IMG/VR virus record: IMGVR_UViG_3300021197_001489
Location: 186,001 to 250,000 of that record
Reading direction: 5' to 3' (one strand)
DNA length: 64,000 bases
In this document: positions 9,981 through 19,398 of the stretch, in pieces
Layout of the letters: every line of letters begins with the position of its first letter
How positions within the stretch are numbered: the stretch's first letter is position 1
Made by a program: the position numbers and the translations under genes
Notes under the pieces: model-generated
Databases searched by the model: none
What the model saw: only the letters and a program-made list of their open reading frames with translations
What the model was told of the DNA's origin: nothing

Positions 9981-10073
9981 GTGTATGTTAGGCTATACAC
10001 AGATGCGTAGTAGCGCATCACAGGCAAATGATAGAGTAGTAGTTGCTACTCGTAGGCACATAGGAGAAATAAA
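9981..10073 (+). promoter_or_regulatory. Structured gp32 5' leader: three tandem hairpins and AGGCA repeats (putative translational operator)
   Basis: Hairpins 9981-10000 (loop TTAGGC), 10002-10019 (loop TAGTAG), 10034-10051 (loop TAGTTG); SD AGGAG. Confidence 0.65.
10022..10063 (+). repeat. 42-bp element, copy 1 (perfect inverted copy at 44022-44063)
   Basis: AGGCAAATGATAGAGTAGTAGTTGCTACTCGTAGGCACATAG is identical to the reverse complement of 44022-44063. Confidence 0.97.
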
Positions 10074-11060
10074 ATGGCTTCATTAGCAGAAATCCGCGCA
10101 CGCCTTGCAGCGGCAGATAACAGACAAGGCAATCAGTCATCCGGTGGTGATGGCGCAATTTATCCACATTGGAATATGAACGAAGGCGATAGTGCAGTGC
10201 TACGCTTCCTTCCTGATCTGGATACAACTAATACGTTCTTCTGGATTGAACGTGCAATGATTAAACTTCCTTTCAATGGCATTAAAGGGCAAATGGATAG
10301 CAAAAGCATCCAGGTGCAAATTCCTTGTATTGAGATGTGGGGCGAGACTTGTCCAATCCTCACAGAAGTACGCACATGGTTTAAGGACAAAAGTCTTGAA
10401 GATATGGGTCGCAAGTATTGGAAAAAGCGTTCATATATCATGCAAGGTTTTGTGCGCGAAAACCCAATTGCTGATGACAAAAGCGAAAAAGCGATCCGAC
10501 GCTTTATTATTGGTCCTCAGATTTTCCAGACTATCAAGTCAGCATTGATGGACCCAGAGTTGGAAGAACTTCCAACTGATTACGAGCGTGGTTTAGACTT
10601 TCGCGTAAGTAAAACACAAAAAGGTGGATACGCTGACTATTCCACAAGCAAGTGGGCTCGCAAAGAGACTCCACTTACTGCACAGGAAGCAGAAGCAATT
10701 GAATCACAAGGTTTGTATAACCTAGGTGATTTCTTGCCAAAGCGTCCAAGCGAAGAAGATCTCCGTGTAATGAAAGAGATGTTTGAAGCAAGCGTTGACG
10801 GACAAAGCTATGACGCAGAGCGTTGGTCTAACTACTTCCGTCCAGCGGGTATGCAGAAGCCTGAAGGTTCCTCCGGCTCAGCACCAGCACCACAGGCAGC
10901 ACCTGCACCAGCAGCACCCGCAGTAAAAGAAGATGTTCCTTTTGAAGTTGCACCAGCAACGCCAACTGCTCCAGTTGAAGCACCTGCTCCAGCAGCAGAT
11001 AGCAGCAACAAAGCAGAAGACATACTTGCTATGATTCGTAGCAGACAGTCTGCATCTTAA
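10074..11060 (+). CDS. gp32: Single-stranded DNA-binding protein (T4 gp32-like)
   Basis: AVLRFLP, C...CPI, YWKKRSY, G.DF...K...GGYADYSTSKW; Pro/Ala linker; adjacent to uvsX. Confidence 0.9.
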   Translation: MASLAEIRARLAAADNRQGNQSSGGDGAIYPHWNMNEGDSAVLRFLPDLDTTNTFFWIERAMIKLPFNGIKGQMDSKSIQVQIPCIEMWGETCPILTEVRTWFKDKSLEDMGRKYWKKRSYIMQGFVRENPIADDKSEKAIRRFIIGPQIFQTIKSALMDPELEELPTDYERGLDFRVSKTQKGGYADYSTSKWARKETPLTAQEAEAIESQGLYNLGDFLPKRPSEEDLRVMKEMFEASVDGQSYDAERWSNYFRPAGMQKPEGSSGSAPAPQAAPAPAAPAVKEDVPFEVAPATPTAPVEAPAPAADSSNKAEDILAMIRSRQSAS

Positions 11061-11067
11061 CTAGCAG

Positions 11068-11106
11068 TGAGGGCAGGGCTTTATTCCCTTTTTCTCCCTG
11101 CCCTCA
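11068..11106 (+). other. Intergenic 11-bp hairpin with a 17-nt pyrimidine-rich loop (terminator, processing or stability element)
   Basis: TGAGGGCAGGG / CCCTGCCCTCA; only a weak U tail. Confidence 0.6.
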
Positions 11107-11143
11107 TATTTGCATATATACGATCATAAACTAGGAGAATACA

Positions 11144-12250
11144 GTGGCAAAACCATTTGACGTAAGCAAGTTCCGCAAGGACATTACTAAAAGCATTGAC
11201 GGACTCAGTATTGGGTTCAATGATCCTACAGACTGGATCAGCACAGGCAACTATGCACTTAACTATCTTATCTCGGGAGATTTCCACAAAGGTTGTCCAC
11301 TAGGTAAAGTTACAGTGTTTGCTGGAGAATCAGGTGCAGGCAAAAGTTACTTTGCCGCAGGTAACATTGTTAAACATGCCCAAGAGCAAGGCATCTTTGT
11401 TGTGCTTATCGACACTGAGAACGCACTTGATGAAGCATGGTTAACTGCACTTGGTGTAGATACTGATGAAAGCAAACTGCTTAAACTGGCAATGAGCATG
11501 ATCGACGATGTTGCTAAAACAATTAGCACGTTTATGAAAGACTACAAAGCAATGGCCGACGGCGAACGTCCTAAGGTGTTGTTTGTAATTGATTCGTTAG
11601 GCATGATGCTTACTCCAACAGATGTTAATCAGTTTGAATCAGGTGACATGAAAGGTGATTTGGGCAGAAAGCCTAAAGCACTAACAGCATTGGTGCGTAA
11701 TACTGTAAACATGTTTGGCAGTTACAACGTTGGTATGGTGTGTACCAACCACACATATGCATCACAAGATATGTTTGATCCAGATGATAAGATCTCGGGT
11801 GGACAAGGCTTTATCTATGCAAGTTCAATCGTGGTTGCAATGCGCAAGCTCAAGCTCAAAGAGGATGAAGATGGCAACAAGATTTCGCAAGTAAAAGGTA
11901 TTCGTGCAGCATGTAAAGTTATGAAAACACGCTATGCTAAACCGTTTGAAAGTGTACAAGTTAAGATTCCTTATGAAACTGGCATGAACCCATATAGTGG
12001 GCTTGTTGATCTTGCCGAAAGTGTAGACTTGCTTAAAAAGTCTGGCAACAGACTGAGCTTTATTAAATCTGATGGCAGCGAAATTATCCAGTTCCGCAAA
12101 GCATGGGAACGCAATGAAAATGGCTGCCTTGACGAATTGATGCTAGAGTTTGCTAAAATTGGTGACGAAACGGTAAGTATAGACGAAGTTGTTGATGTGC
12201 ATGAAGTCATTGATGCCGAGACAGGCGAAATATTACAAGAGAATGCATAA
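11144..12250 (+). CDS. uvsX: RecA-like recombinase UvsX
   Basis: ISTGNYALN, Walker A GESGAGKS, IDTENA, VIDSLG, SGGQG. Confidence 0.95.
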   Translation: MAKPFDVSKFRKDITKSIDGLSIGFNDPTDWISTGNYALNYLISGDFHKGCPLGKVTVFAGESGAGKSYFAAGNIVKHAQEQGIFVVLIDTENALDEAWLTALGVDTDESKLLKLAMSMIDDVAKTISTFMKDYKAMADGERPKVLFVIDSLGMMLTPTDVNQFESGDMKGDLGRKPKALTALVRNTVNMFGSYNVGMVCTNHTYASQDMFDPDDKISGGQGFIYASSIVVAMRKLKLKEDEDGNKISQVKGIRAACKVMKTRYAKPFESVQVKIPYETGMNPYSGLVDLAESVDLLKKSGNRLSFIKSDGSEIIQFRKAWERNENGCLDELMLEFAKIGDETVSIDEVVDVHEVIDAETGEILQENA

Positions 12251-13469
12251 TAATAAAGACACATTCTGTGTTGCTCCGTGGTTTCAAGTAAGAAACAATA
12301 ATGACATGGCTAAAAGAGTTTGTTGTTCAATGTCTCATGAAATAACTGAACACATGCCTAGTCAAAACATGAGTTCATTGGAGTATTTAAATTCTCAACC
12401 AATACGAGATTTGAAAAAAGATTTGGCCAACGGAGTAAGATCAAAGCATTGTCGACTCTGTTGGATGCAAGAAGAAAATGGAATACAGAGTTTGCGACAA
12501 CATCTAAATTCATTGATATCAATGCAACAAGATATCAACAAACCAAATTGGATAGATGTGTACTTTAGCAAGAAAGACGACTTTGACAGTGATATGATTG
12601 TGTCTGCAGATATCAAAGTTGGTAATACTTGTAACTATGCCTGTGTGATGTGTGTTCCTGAAGATAGTTCGTTGATTTATGCAAATTGGATGGCTAGTAT
12701 CGATCACCCAGTTGTACAGCGCAAACTAGCAAAGGATCCTGAATACTTAACAAGGGCCAAGTCATTTACATTTAAGAATAAACAGTATATTGAGTACTTG
12801 GATGACATTCTGGAAAACAACAAGCATATCAAATTTTTGAAGTTCCTTGGCGGAGAGCCGTTTTTAGATAAGTTCTTGATAGATAAATTACGCCAGTTGC
12901 CCAACAGTACCAAAAGTAAACTGAGTTTGCTGTTTGTTACCAATGCTAGTAAGGATTTTTCAGCAATAATTGATTCGCTTGGAGACTTTAAGTACATTCA
13001 ATGCAGTGTTAGTCTTGAAGGAATAGGAGAAGTCCAGGAATGGGCAAGGTACGGAAGTAATTGGCAAGAGGTTGAGCAGCACGTTATCAAAGCTGTTGAT
13101 AACCCTCGAATAGATATGGCAGTATTGTATACACTTCAAACAGCAACAGTCCTAGGGTTTAGAGATCTTGCAACCTGGTGTAGAAACAATAACATTAAAT
13201 TGAAAACTAACATAGTAGACAATCCTGTATGCCTAGGCATGAAAACACTGCCTGATCATATGAAGAAAAATTTGCTAAAGGATATAGAGATTAATCGTAA
13301 CATCATAGATAACACTGAAACTACATACGAAGACTTATTGGTAGGAGTCAATGATTCAAAGTTTGATCTATCCTTGCGTGACGATTTCTTTGAGTACATT
13401 GAATGGTACGAAACTAACAAAAATATTAAAAAATTAAAAAATATTTTTCCAGAACTGTTTGTAGAATAG
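12243..13469 (+). CDS. Radical SAM protein with N-terminal twitch/SPASM-like Cys domain
   Basis: FCVAPW..CC..C..CW; CNYACVMC; GGEPF; TNAS; SLEG..EWARYG; start moved to ATG 12243. Confidence 0.85.
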   Translation: MHNNKDTFCVAPWFQVRNNNDMAKRVCCSMSHEITEHMPSQNMSSLEYLNSQPIRDLKKDLANGVRSKHCRLCWMQEENGIQSLRQHLNSLISMQQDINKPNWIDVYFSKKDDFDSDMIVSADIKVGNTCNYACVMCVPEDSSLIYANWMASIDHPVVQRKLAKDPEYLTRAKSFTFKNKQYIEYLDDILENNKHIKFLKFLGGEPFLDKFLIDKLRQLPNSTKSKLSLLFVTNASKDFSAIIDSLGDFKYIQCSVSLEGIGEVQEWARYGSNWQEVEQHVIKAVDNPRIDMAVLYTLQTATVLGFRDLATWCRNNNIKLKTNIVDNPVCLGMKTLPDHMKKNLLKDIEINRNIIDNTETTYEDLLVGVNDSKFDLSLRDDFFEYIEWYETNKNIKKLKNIFPELFVE

Positions 13470-13480
13470 GAGCAAAAAAC

Positions 13481-13759
13481 GTGTCATTAGAAATAGCTGC
13501 AATGGTGTGGAAAGACTGCCGCACTTTTATACTGGAAAATGGAGACATTCGAGAAGCTGCTGATACAGTAGTAGCAACTCTAATGGAAAACCATAGTGCC
13601 GACGAAATACGAGAGGCATTTAAATGGGACGGTGCTATAAAAATGGCAGTTGGTTCCTATGTTGGTGAGCATGATGAAGACGATCTTGAAGAGGAAGAAG
13701 AGGATGAACTACTTGATCAGTTCAATGACGATGGCGAGTTTGACTACGACGAGTACTAA
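13481..13759 (+). CDS. Hypothetical protein with acidic tail
   Basis: AGGAG RBS, GTG start; sits between uvsX and uvsY. Confidence 0.7.
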   Translation: MSLEIAAMVWKDCRTFILENGDIREAADTVVATLMENHSADEIREAFKWDGAIKMAVGSYVGEHDEDDLEEEEEDELLDQFNDDGEFDYDEY

Positions 13760-13764
13760 TACAC

Positions 13765-14217
13765 ATGTGGTATAGCAAAGTAACAAACAATCTTGGCAAC
13801 ATTCCTGGCTTTATCACGCACTTTGAAGCAGAACTTGAAGTTGCTAAAAGTGAGTGTCAGGTTGGAGGACTCATTGAAAAAAATATCAAGGCTTTGCCGG
13901 GTGTAACGGAGCATCGTTTCAATCAACTGCAAGAGATTGAAGCAGTGCTTAACTTCTTAAACATACAGTTACGCAAGATTAGACGCCGGCATTTCCAAAA
14001 GTATTTGGAAGGATATGCCAGAGCGTTAACAAGTCGTGATGCAGAAAAGTATGTAGACGGCGAAGATGAAGTCATTGACTTTGAAACACTGATCAACGAA
14101 GTTGCATTATTGCGCAACAAATATTTGGGCATCATGAAAGGCTTGGATACAAAGCAGTGGCAAATGGGCCACATTGTGCGATTGCGCACAGCAGGCATGG
14201 AAGATGTGCAAGTCTAA
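13765..14217 (+). CDS. uvsY: Recombination mediator UvsY-like
   Basis: Helical protein with AEKYVDGEDE and KGLDTKQWQMGHIVRLR; near uvsX. Confidence 0.75.
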   Translation: MWYSKVTNNLGNIPGFITHFEAELEVAKSECQVGGLIEKNIKALPGVTEHRFNQLQEIEAVLNFLNIQLRKIRRRHFQKYLEGYARALTSRDAEKYVDGEDEVIDFETLINEVALLRNKYLGIMKGLDTKQWQMGHIVRLRTAGMEDVQV

Positions 14218-15239
14218 TGCGTATACGTTATATCAACAATACGACTGTTTTTTATGATATTTGGAAATGGATAGCCACTCAAGACTTGCGTAATGGCGAC
14301 ATAGCAAAATACGTCCTTGATGATCTTGCAAAAGCAAATATCTCAGTTGATAAAGTAAAAGACTTTACCTGGATAGTTGATGCTCATGTTGAAGGTCATG
14401 ACGCAGACGACGTTGAACACTTAAGGCAATACTTAATTGGGCATGGTGTTACTCGCTTTGGTGCAGTATATACCTGTTATGTCGATACTGATAAATTGCC
14501 TTATCCTGCGGTGTGCTTGCCTAACAAGATGATCTATAATGACTGGTACCAGCACTTACAACTGCAACAAGTCGATTGGCAAAATATGCCAATGACACAC
14601 AAATTAGTTTGTCCAATGCGCCGTCCTAGTTTATCGCGAGTTCATCTTGCTAAAAGATTACTTGGTATATTTGATCCTAGCGAAATAATTATCAGTTTGG
14701 GCACCAATAACGACTACGTTCGAGAAGACATAAAGCAACTTATTCAGCCGCATCCTTGGCCTCTCATGGTTGATCATCCTATTGTGGACAATAAGCAACA
14801 GCATCGTTTAAAACATGAAAAGTTTTACACAGCACCAGTTAAGTTGGTAGTTGAAAGCAGCAACGAGATAGATCCTGGTGTGTGGACCAGTCAATTTATA
14901 ACTGAAAAATCATATAAAGCATTGTGCTGGCGGCAACTTCCTGTATGGTATGCCGTCCCAGGGCTAGTTGAGCGTATAAGAGAACAAGGATTTGATGTTT
15001 TTGATGATGTAATCGATCACAGTTATGATCTTGAAGTCGATCCTTGGAAGCGCATGGTAATGGTTCTTATTGAAATAAAACGATTAACATTGTTGAATAC
15101 TGTGCAGATACGCAATGATGTTTGGTCACGCCTAGAAAGTAATGCTGACTTAATAAACGGCATACATAATACTGCACACAGTCAACATGAGGCTGCGATT
15201 ACAGGATTAATAAATGAGCTCATTCACGAGTCCACATGA
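14217..15239 (+). CDS. Putative glycosyltransferase (GT10-like ITEK motif)
   Basis: LVVES...FITEKSYKAL...GFDVFDDVIDHSYD; TAATG coupling. Confidence 0.55.
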   Translation: MRIRYINNTTVFYDIWKWIATQDLRNGDIAKYVLDDLAKANISVDKVKDFTWIVDAHVEGHDADDVEHLRQYLIGHGVTRFGAVYTCYVDTDKLPYPAVCLPNKMIYNDWYQHLQLQQVDWQNMPMTHKLVCPMRRPSLSRVHLAKRLLGIFDPSEIIISLGTNNDYVREDIKQLIQPHPWPLMVDHPIVDNKQQHRLKHEKFYTAPVKLVVESSNEIDPGVWTSQFITEKSYKALCWRQLPVWYAVPGLVERIREQGFDVFDDVIDHSYDLEVDPWKRMVMVLIEIKRLTLLNTVQIRNDVWSRLESNADLINGIHNTAHSQHEAAITGLINELIHEST

Positions 15240-15972
15240 AAAACACAAACACAGTTTGAAAAATGTACTGAGTTACATGTATGAATATGATGATTTTATG
15301 GACAGTGTTGGGCGTGTTATTGATCTTGGTTGCGACGTTGAAGCAACCGATATGCTGTGGTGGGCAAGTGCTACCACAAGAGATGAAGCAAAAACTCCGC
15401 TAGGCATTAAATGCGTTGGTGTTAACACATTTAAAAGACTTAATAGTAGTCACAATAGTATATCATACCAAAATCACAACATCGAATCTCTAAACCGTGT
15501 TAAAAAATCATTTGATATAGTATATTGCTACGATCAATTGCAGTATTTGTTAAACCCGTACCAAGCATTGTCAAATTGGTGGCATATTGCAAACAAAGAT
15601 GCTATGTTGGTACTGGCAGTGCCGCAAACTGTTAACACAGAATATCACATTCAAGAATACAACCTAGCCTTGGATCACAAATATCATTACACAATGCCGC
15701 AGTTAATCTATATGCTGGCTGTTAGTGGCTGGGATTGTCGTGATGGATTTTTTAAGAAAACACCTGGAGATCCGTGGCTGTATGCCATTGTGTACAAGAG
15801 CAACATCGAACCAATGAATCCTCAACAAGTTAACTTGTATAATCTTATAGAAGAAACTGAATTGTTACCGCAGTGTGCAGTGGATGGAATTAACAAATAC
15901 GGAAAGTTAAGACAGCGTGATCTTGTACTTCCGTGGTTAGACAAAAGCCTTATGGTTATGGAGCAACACTAA
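15214..15972 (+). CDS. Class I SAM methyltransferase-like protein
   Basis: VIDLGC, FDIVYC, NPYQAL, LVLAVP. Confidence 0.65.
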   Translation: MSSFTSPHEKHKHSLKNVLSYMYEYDDFMDSVGRVIDLGCDVEATDMLWWASATTRDEAKTPLGIKCVGVNTFKRLNSSHNSISYQNHNIESLNRVKKSFDIVYCYDQLQYLLNPYQALSNWWHIANKDAMLVLAVPQTVNTEYHIQEYNLALDHKYHYTMPQLIYMLAVSGWDCRDGFFKKTPGDPWLYAIVYKSNIEPMNPQQVNLYNLIEETELLPQCAVDGINKYGKLRQRDLVLPWLDKSLMVMEQH

Positions 15973-16331
15973 TGGGAATCAAAGCAGGAAAAATATGGGG
16001 TAAGACCGAGCTTATCCACGCCAATGGCGTACTAGAGTTTCATCGTATAGAATTTAAAAAAGGATACAAGTGTAGCGAACACGAACATTCCTACAAATGG
16101 AACGGTTTCTTTATTGAGTCGGGTAAGATGATTGTGCGTGTGTGGCAAGATGGTGAGCAACAAGGGTTAGTTGATGAAACTGTGCTTGAAGCTGGAGATT
16201 TTACACAAGTAAAGCCAGGCAAGATACATCAGTTTGAGGGTCTGGAAGATGGAGTAGCCTTTGAACTGTATTGGGCAGAATTTTGCCATGATGACATCAA
16301 ACGGCGCAGTGTTGGCACCAAAGCTAAATGA
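15972..16331 (+). CDS. Cupin-fold protein (sugar isomerase/epimerase-like)
   Basis: CSEHEH...G...VKPGKIHQF; start at TAATG. Confidence 0.75.
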   Translation: MGIKAGKIWGKTELIHANGVLEFHRIEFKKGYKCSEHEHSYKWNGFFIESGKMIVRVWQDGEQQGLVDETVLEAGDFTQVKPGKIHQFEGLEDGVAFELYWAEFCHDDIKRRSVGTKAK

Positions 16332-16341
16332 GTGAGGGATC

Positions 16342-16533
16342 ATGACTAAAAACGTGCAAGAAAGAATGGAAGAACTTTGCAAACCAATTGATAGACAAAT
16401 TATGATGTGTGACGATAGAGAAGATATTCTAATGATGGCATGTGCAATGCTTATGAAAGTGAAAACAATGTTGGACGCACAAATAGGTACCGAAGGCCGT
16501 AAAATCATAATAGCAGATTCTAACAAAGACTGA
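16342..16533 (+). CDS. Hypothetical protein
   Basis: GAGG RBS; in operon. Confidence 0.6.
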   Translation: MTKNVQERMEELCKPIDRQIMMCDDREDILMMACAMLMKVKTMLDAQIGTEGRKIIIADSNKD

Positions 16534-16540
16534 TACAGCT

Positions 16541-17092
16541 ATGAAAAACAGTGAAGAATACACAAAACAATTAGAAAAACTACACTCACGCAAGAGCTTT
16601 GGTACCGCAACCGGTGCGCCAAATATACTCACTGACTTTTTAAAGGACCATCCAGTAAATAGCATACTTGATTTTGGTTGCGGCAAAGGCACACCATTGG
16701 ATAGTTTGAAGTCAGATACAATGGACATATACAGCTATGATCCTATAACACATCCAATTGAACTACCAGAACAAGTTGATCTTGTGTACAGTCGTGATGT
16801 ACTTGAACACATTGAACCAGAGCAGATTGACGCTGTGTTAGAAGAACTATTTGAAATTGGCACAAAGTATCAGCATCATTTTATTGCGTGTCATCCTGCA
16901 AAGAAACGACTCAGTGACGGACGGAATGCACATCTTATCATTGAAGACCCACAATGGTGGAAAGACAAAATTGAACAGATACCAGGTTGGAAAATTATAC
17001 ATGAAAACATCAATGGCCCAAAGCAGTTTGTACGAGGTAATCTTACAATAGATATTGTGAAATACACAGTGATACTAGAGAGGCAAGACTAA
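16541..17092 (+). CDS. Class I SAM methyltransferase
   Basis: ILDFGCGKG, YDP, DVLEHIEP. Confidence 0.85.
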   Translation: MKNSEEYTKQLEKLHSRKSFGTATGAPNILTDFLKDHPVNSILDFGCGKGTPLDSLKSDTMDIYSYDPITHPIELPEQVDLVYSRDVLEHIEPEQIDAVLEELFEIGTKYQHHFIACHPAKKRLSDGRNAHLIIEDPQWWKDKIEQIPGWKIIHENINGPKQFVRGNLTIDIVKYTVILERQD

Positions 17093-17094
17093 TC

Positions 17095-17679
17095 GTGAAA
17101 ATTTTAGCAGTTGGGTGCAGTTTTATGTGTAGACACGAACACGTGATTCCTCAATGCGAAGTAGTTGCAAAACGTTTAGGTGCAGATATAGACAACAGGA
17201 GCAAAGCAGGTAATGGAAACACTCATATAGTTTACAACACGATTGATGCTTTGTTAGAAAACAGTTATGATTTAGTTTTAGTTGGATGGAGCAATGCTCT
17301 TAGATGGGATTATATAACTGCACCACACAAGTGGTTTTCATTTAAAGTAAGCGATAATTTATCATCAGTGAAAGCCGGTATAGATGTTGAAGGATCAATG
17401 TACAGACACTGGAGTAGTAAGGTAATACTGTTAGTTAATTATTTTCGCACCAAAGGCATTTCTTTTGTAATGTGGAATAGCTTGGATTGTTGGCATTACG
17501 AAGATACTATGTTGAACAAAGAGTTAAAAAATATAAAAGAATTTATAGATATAGAAACAAGTCAAATTACCGACTTACGAAGTAAAGCACAATGGTTTTC
17601 TACAGATGATCACCATCCTAATCAACAAAGCCAAGATGAATGGGCAGATAAGATATTAGAAAGAGTAATAGGATGTTAA
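17095..17679 (+). CDS. SGNH/GDSL hydrolase-like protein
   Basis: GCSF, G.GN, V.WS, DHHPN. Confidence 0.65.
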   Translation: MKILAVGCSFMCRHEHVIPQCEVVAKRLGADIDNRSKAGNGNTHIVYNTIDALLENSYDLVLVGWSNALRWDYITAPHKWFSFKVSDNLSSVKAGIDVEGSMYRHWSSKVILLVNYFRTKGISFVMWNSLDCWHYEDTMLNKELKNIKEFIDIETSQITDLRSKAQWFSTDDHHPNQQSQDEWADKILERVIGC

Positions 17680-18350
17680 TGAGAAACGGAAATTGGTGGA
17701 CACCAAAAGGCACTGCCGGCAAATCTGGTGACCAGATCAGGGAAGAAAATTTCAGTTGCATTGAGCCTATAAAAAAAGCAGTGGCCTATTGTACAAAACA
17801 TGAAAATGCAATTGATGTAGGTACATGGATAGGTGACAGTACAGTGCTCATGGCTGGCTTATTTACGAATGTAATTGGATTCGAACCGCATCCGATAGTG
17901 CATGTTTGTTGCGAAAAGAATTTACAAGAACGCGGCATAGATAATGTTGCAGTGTATAATATAGCACTAAGCAATGAAAACAAGTTGATTGATTTGCATA
18001 CTGGTAAAAGCACATTTATGGGATGGGTAAGTGATAAAGACGAAAAGCCAAAGGATATTGCAGTACACAACACACAGAAAGTACAAAGTTTATACTTAGA
18101 CAGTTATGATTTTGAAGACATAGACTTTATCAAGATAGATGTTGACAGTCACGAAGGATATCTATTGCAAGGCGCGCAGAACTTTTTTGAAACTAATTCA
18201 CCTGTGGTTTTGATAGAATATAAACAAAGAATAATACTAGACAGACAACCAGAAGATACGCCCGATGCATTTGAATTATTGAATAGTTACGGGTATTCAT
18301 TGAAGGAAAAAGTGGAAAAAGCAGACTGGGTGTTTACTCGTGATAAATGA
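17673..18350 (+). CDS. FkbM-family methyltransferase
   Basis: AIDVGTWIG, FEPHP, DFIKIDVD.HE, PVVLIE. Confidence 0.85.
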   Translation: MLMRNGNWWTPKGTAGKSGDQIREENFSCIEPIKKAVAYCTKHENAIDVGTWIGDSTVLMAGLFTNVIGFEPHPIVHVCCEKNLQERGIDNVAVYNIALSNENKLIDLHTGKSTFMGWVSDKDEKPKDIAVHNTQKVQSLYLDSYDFEDIDFIKIDVDSHEGYLLQGAQNFFETNSPVVLIEYKQRIILDRQPEDTPDAFELLNSYGYSLKEKVEKADWVFTRDK

Positions 18351-18371
18351 TAATAAGGACCACGGATTACA

Positions 18372-18548
18372 ATGACTGAAATGACTGAAACAAAACAATC
18401 TAAAATGGAACGTATCTTTGCATTAGAAGATGAAATTGCCTATGCACAAACACAACTACAGCCACAAGATACTGGATGGATCAGCACTGGAATAAGTTGG
18501 CTGCGGCACCGGGTGCGTGAATTGAAGGAAGAACTAGATGGTAGATAA
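18372..18548 (+). CDS. Small hypothetical protein (58 aa, not in ORF track)
   Basis: AAGGA upstream; MTEMTETKQSKMERIFALEDEIAYAQTQLQPQDTG...; fills the gap. Confidence 0.6.
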   Translation: MTEMTETKQSKMERIFALEDEIAYAQTQLQPQDTGWISTGISWLRHRVRELKEELDGR

Positions 18549-19398
18549 TAGAAGACAGCCCAAGTCGGAACCCGGAGAATTTCTTCCAGGCGTGAAATTT
18601 AAAGATATTGATTATACTATTGTGCTAGTAACAGGTGGATTTGATCCACTACATACTGGACACATTGAATATTTTAAAGCGGCAGCAACTTACGGCAACA
18701 TACTGCTAGTAGGTGTTAATTCAGATAGTTGGCTCGAACGCAAAAAAGGGCGCAGCTTTATGCCCATTGCTGAACGTGCAGACATTATTGGTCATTTAGG
18801 AATGGTTGGCGGTGTCGTGAGTTTTGACAACGAATTTGATGCTGACGGCAGTGCAAAAAAGTTTATACAAACAACATTGGACAACTATCCAACAGCCAAA
18901 GTGGTATTTGCCAATGGCGGTGACAGAACAGACAACAACATTCCAGAAATGGATATCCAAGATCCAAGATTGAAGTTTATTTTTGGTGTGGGTGGAGAAA
19001 ACAAAAAGAACTCAAGTTCCTGGATTCTCAAAGAATGGGAAGCACCAAAAATAGAACGCGAATGGGGACACTATAGAGAACTTTACAGTGGCGAAGGCTT
19101 TCAAGTTAAGGAATTGGTTATTGCTCCGCATAGTAAACTTAGTATGCAGCGGCACAAACACCGTAGCGAAACTTGGAATTTGGTAAGCGGCGTTGCACAT
19201 GTACTAACCAGCACCAACAACAGTGATCCTTTAGACGGTGCACAAAGACAAATATTGACCCCGCCTAATCCTGTAGACATTCCCAAGGGTGTGTGGCACC
19301 AAGGAGTTAATGACAGCGACGAACCAGCCCACATTGTTGAAGTGTGGAAGGGTGTAAGCCCATTATTATCAGAAAGTGACATTGAAAGATGGAATTAG
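18538..19398 (+). CDS. Cytidylyltransferase (HxGH) fused to mannose-6-P-isomerase-type cupin
   Basis: GGFDPLHTGH, VGVNSD, FANGGDR, NSSS; R.WG.Y...LSMQRHKHRSETW. Confidence 0.85.
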   Translation: MVDNRRQPKSEPGEFLPGVKFKDIDYTIVLVTGGFDPLHTGHIEYFKAAATYGNILLVGVNSDSWLERKKGRSFMPIAERADIIGHLGMVGGVVSFDNEFDADGSAKKFIQTTLDNYPTAKVVFANGGDRTDNNIPEMDIQDPRLKFIFGVGGENKKNSSSWILKEWEAPKIEREWGHYRELYSGEGFQVKELVIAPHSKLSMQRHKHRSETWNLVSGVAHVLTSTNNSDPLDGAQRQILTPPNPVDIPKGVWHQGVNDSDEPAHIVEVWKGVSPLLSESDIERWN

